Assembly (NCBI RefSeq): GCF_006345805.1
Contig: NC_042997.1
Span: 74,524,001-74,588,000, forward strand
From: Octopus sinensis
Lineage: Eukaryota
Reading direction: 5' to 3'
DNA: 64,000 bases
Position numbers and translations under genes: made by a program. A model generated the notes under the pieces. The model saw only the letters and a list, made by a program, of their open reading frames with translations, ran no database searches and was not told the DNA's origin. The number at the start of each line of letters is the position of its first letter. Position 1 is the first letter of the stretch. Shown here piece by piece: positions 63,681 to 64,000 of this stretch.

Positions 63681-63914
63681 TTGCTGAGTCTTTCACATAT
63701 TATTCACATTATTGCATTAGATAAAAACAACAGACAACACATCAGACAAAAAGAATTACACAAGTTTCTACTGAGTAAACAACTAGAAATATGTAGAGAC
63801 AACAAATTCAAGAACTTCTCCTCCTCCAAATGCTCAAGGGATGACACTAAGTACCAGAAGATAATGGAACTGCATTTTATCAAAAAATTCTTACCTAAAC
63901 TAAACATATATTAA
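63681..63914 (+). mobile_element. PLE GIY-YIG C-terminal fragment
   Basis: IRQKELHKFLLSKQLEIC...KIMELHFIKKFLPKLN resembles the E..FI.KF.PKLN end of GIY-YIG PLE ORFs. Confidence 0.55.
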
Positions 63915-64000
63915 AAAAATCATGTAACTAGATTCTGAAAAATTGAGCAGTATTTATACCAAAGATATTATAGGTGGACACACACTGAAACTGGACAAGT

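Overview
AT-rich, microsatellite-dense animal genomic DNA. The repeat families resemble octopus/coleoid cephalopod repeats (inference). The whole window lies inside one minus-strand host gene, an axonemal outer-arm beta-type dynein heavy chain (DNAH9/11/17-like). Four in-frame exons with canonical GT-AG sites cover the end of AAA1 and the AAA2 P-loop, and make up only 638 bp (about 1%) of the window. The introns are filled with nested transposons: a head-to-tail Helitron array, a Helentron-type HINE, several RTE LINEs, a near-complete CR1/L2-group LINE, a Tx1 LINE inside a Penelope-like element (PLE), other PLE relics with hammerhead motifs, a decayed Gypsy, mariner/Tc1 copies, a MITE and SINEs. 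The four most notable observations are: (1) a candidate HIV-like UUUUUUA -1 ribosomal frameshift site opening the AUG-less ORF2 of the CR1/L2 LINE, whose ORF1 has PHD and CCCH fingers; (2) a recurring pattern of fold-back or hammerhead-bearing ends abutting (TA)n tracts, including a perfect 180-bp palindrome; (3) a hammerhead with an intact core, masked by a long hairpin; (4) the Helitron array with internal terminators. No database searches or folding programs were run. Transposon boundaries are approximate unless stated.
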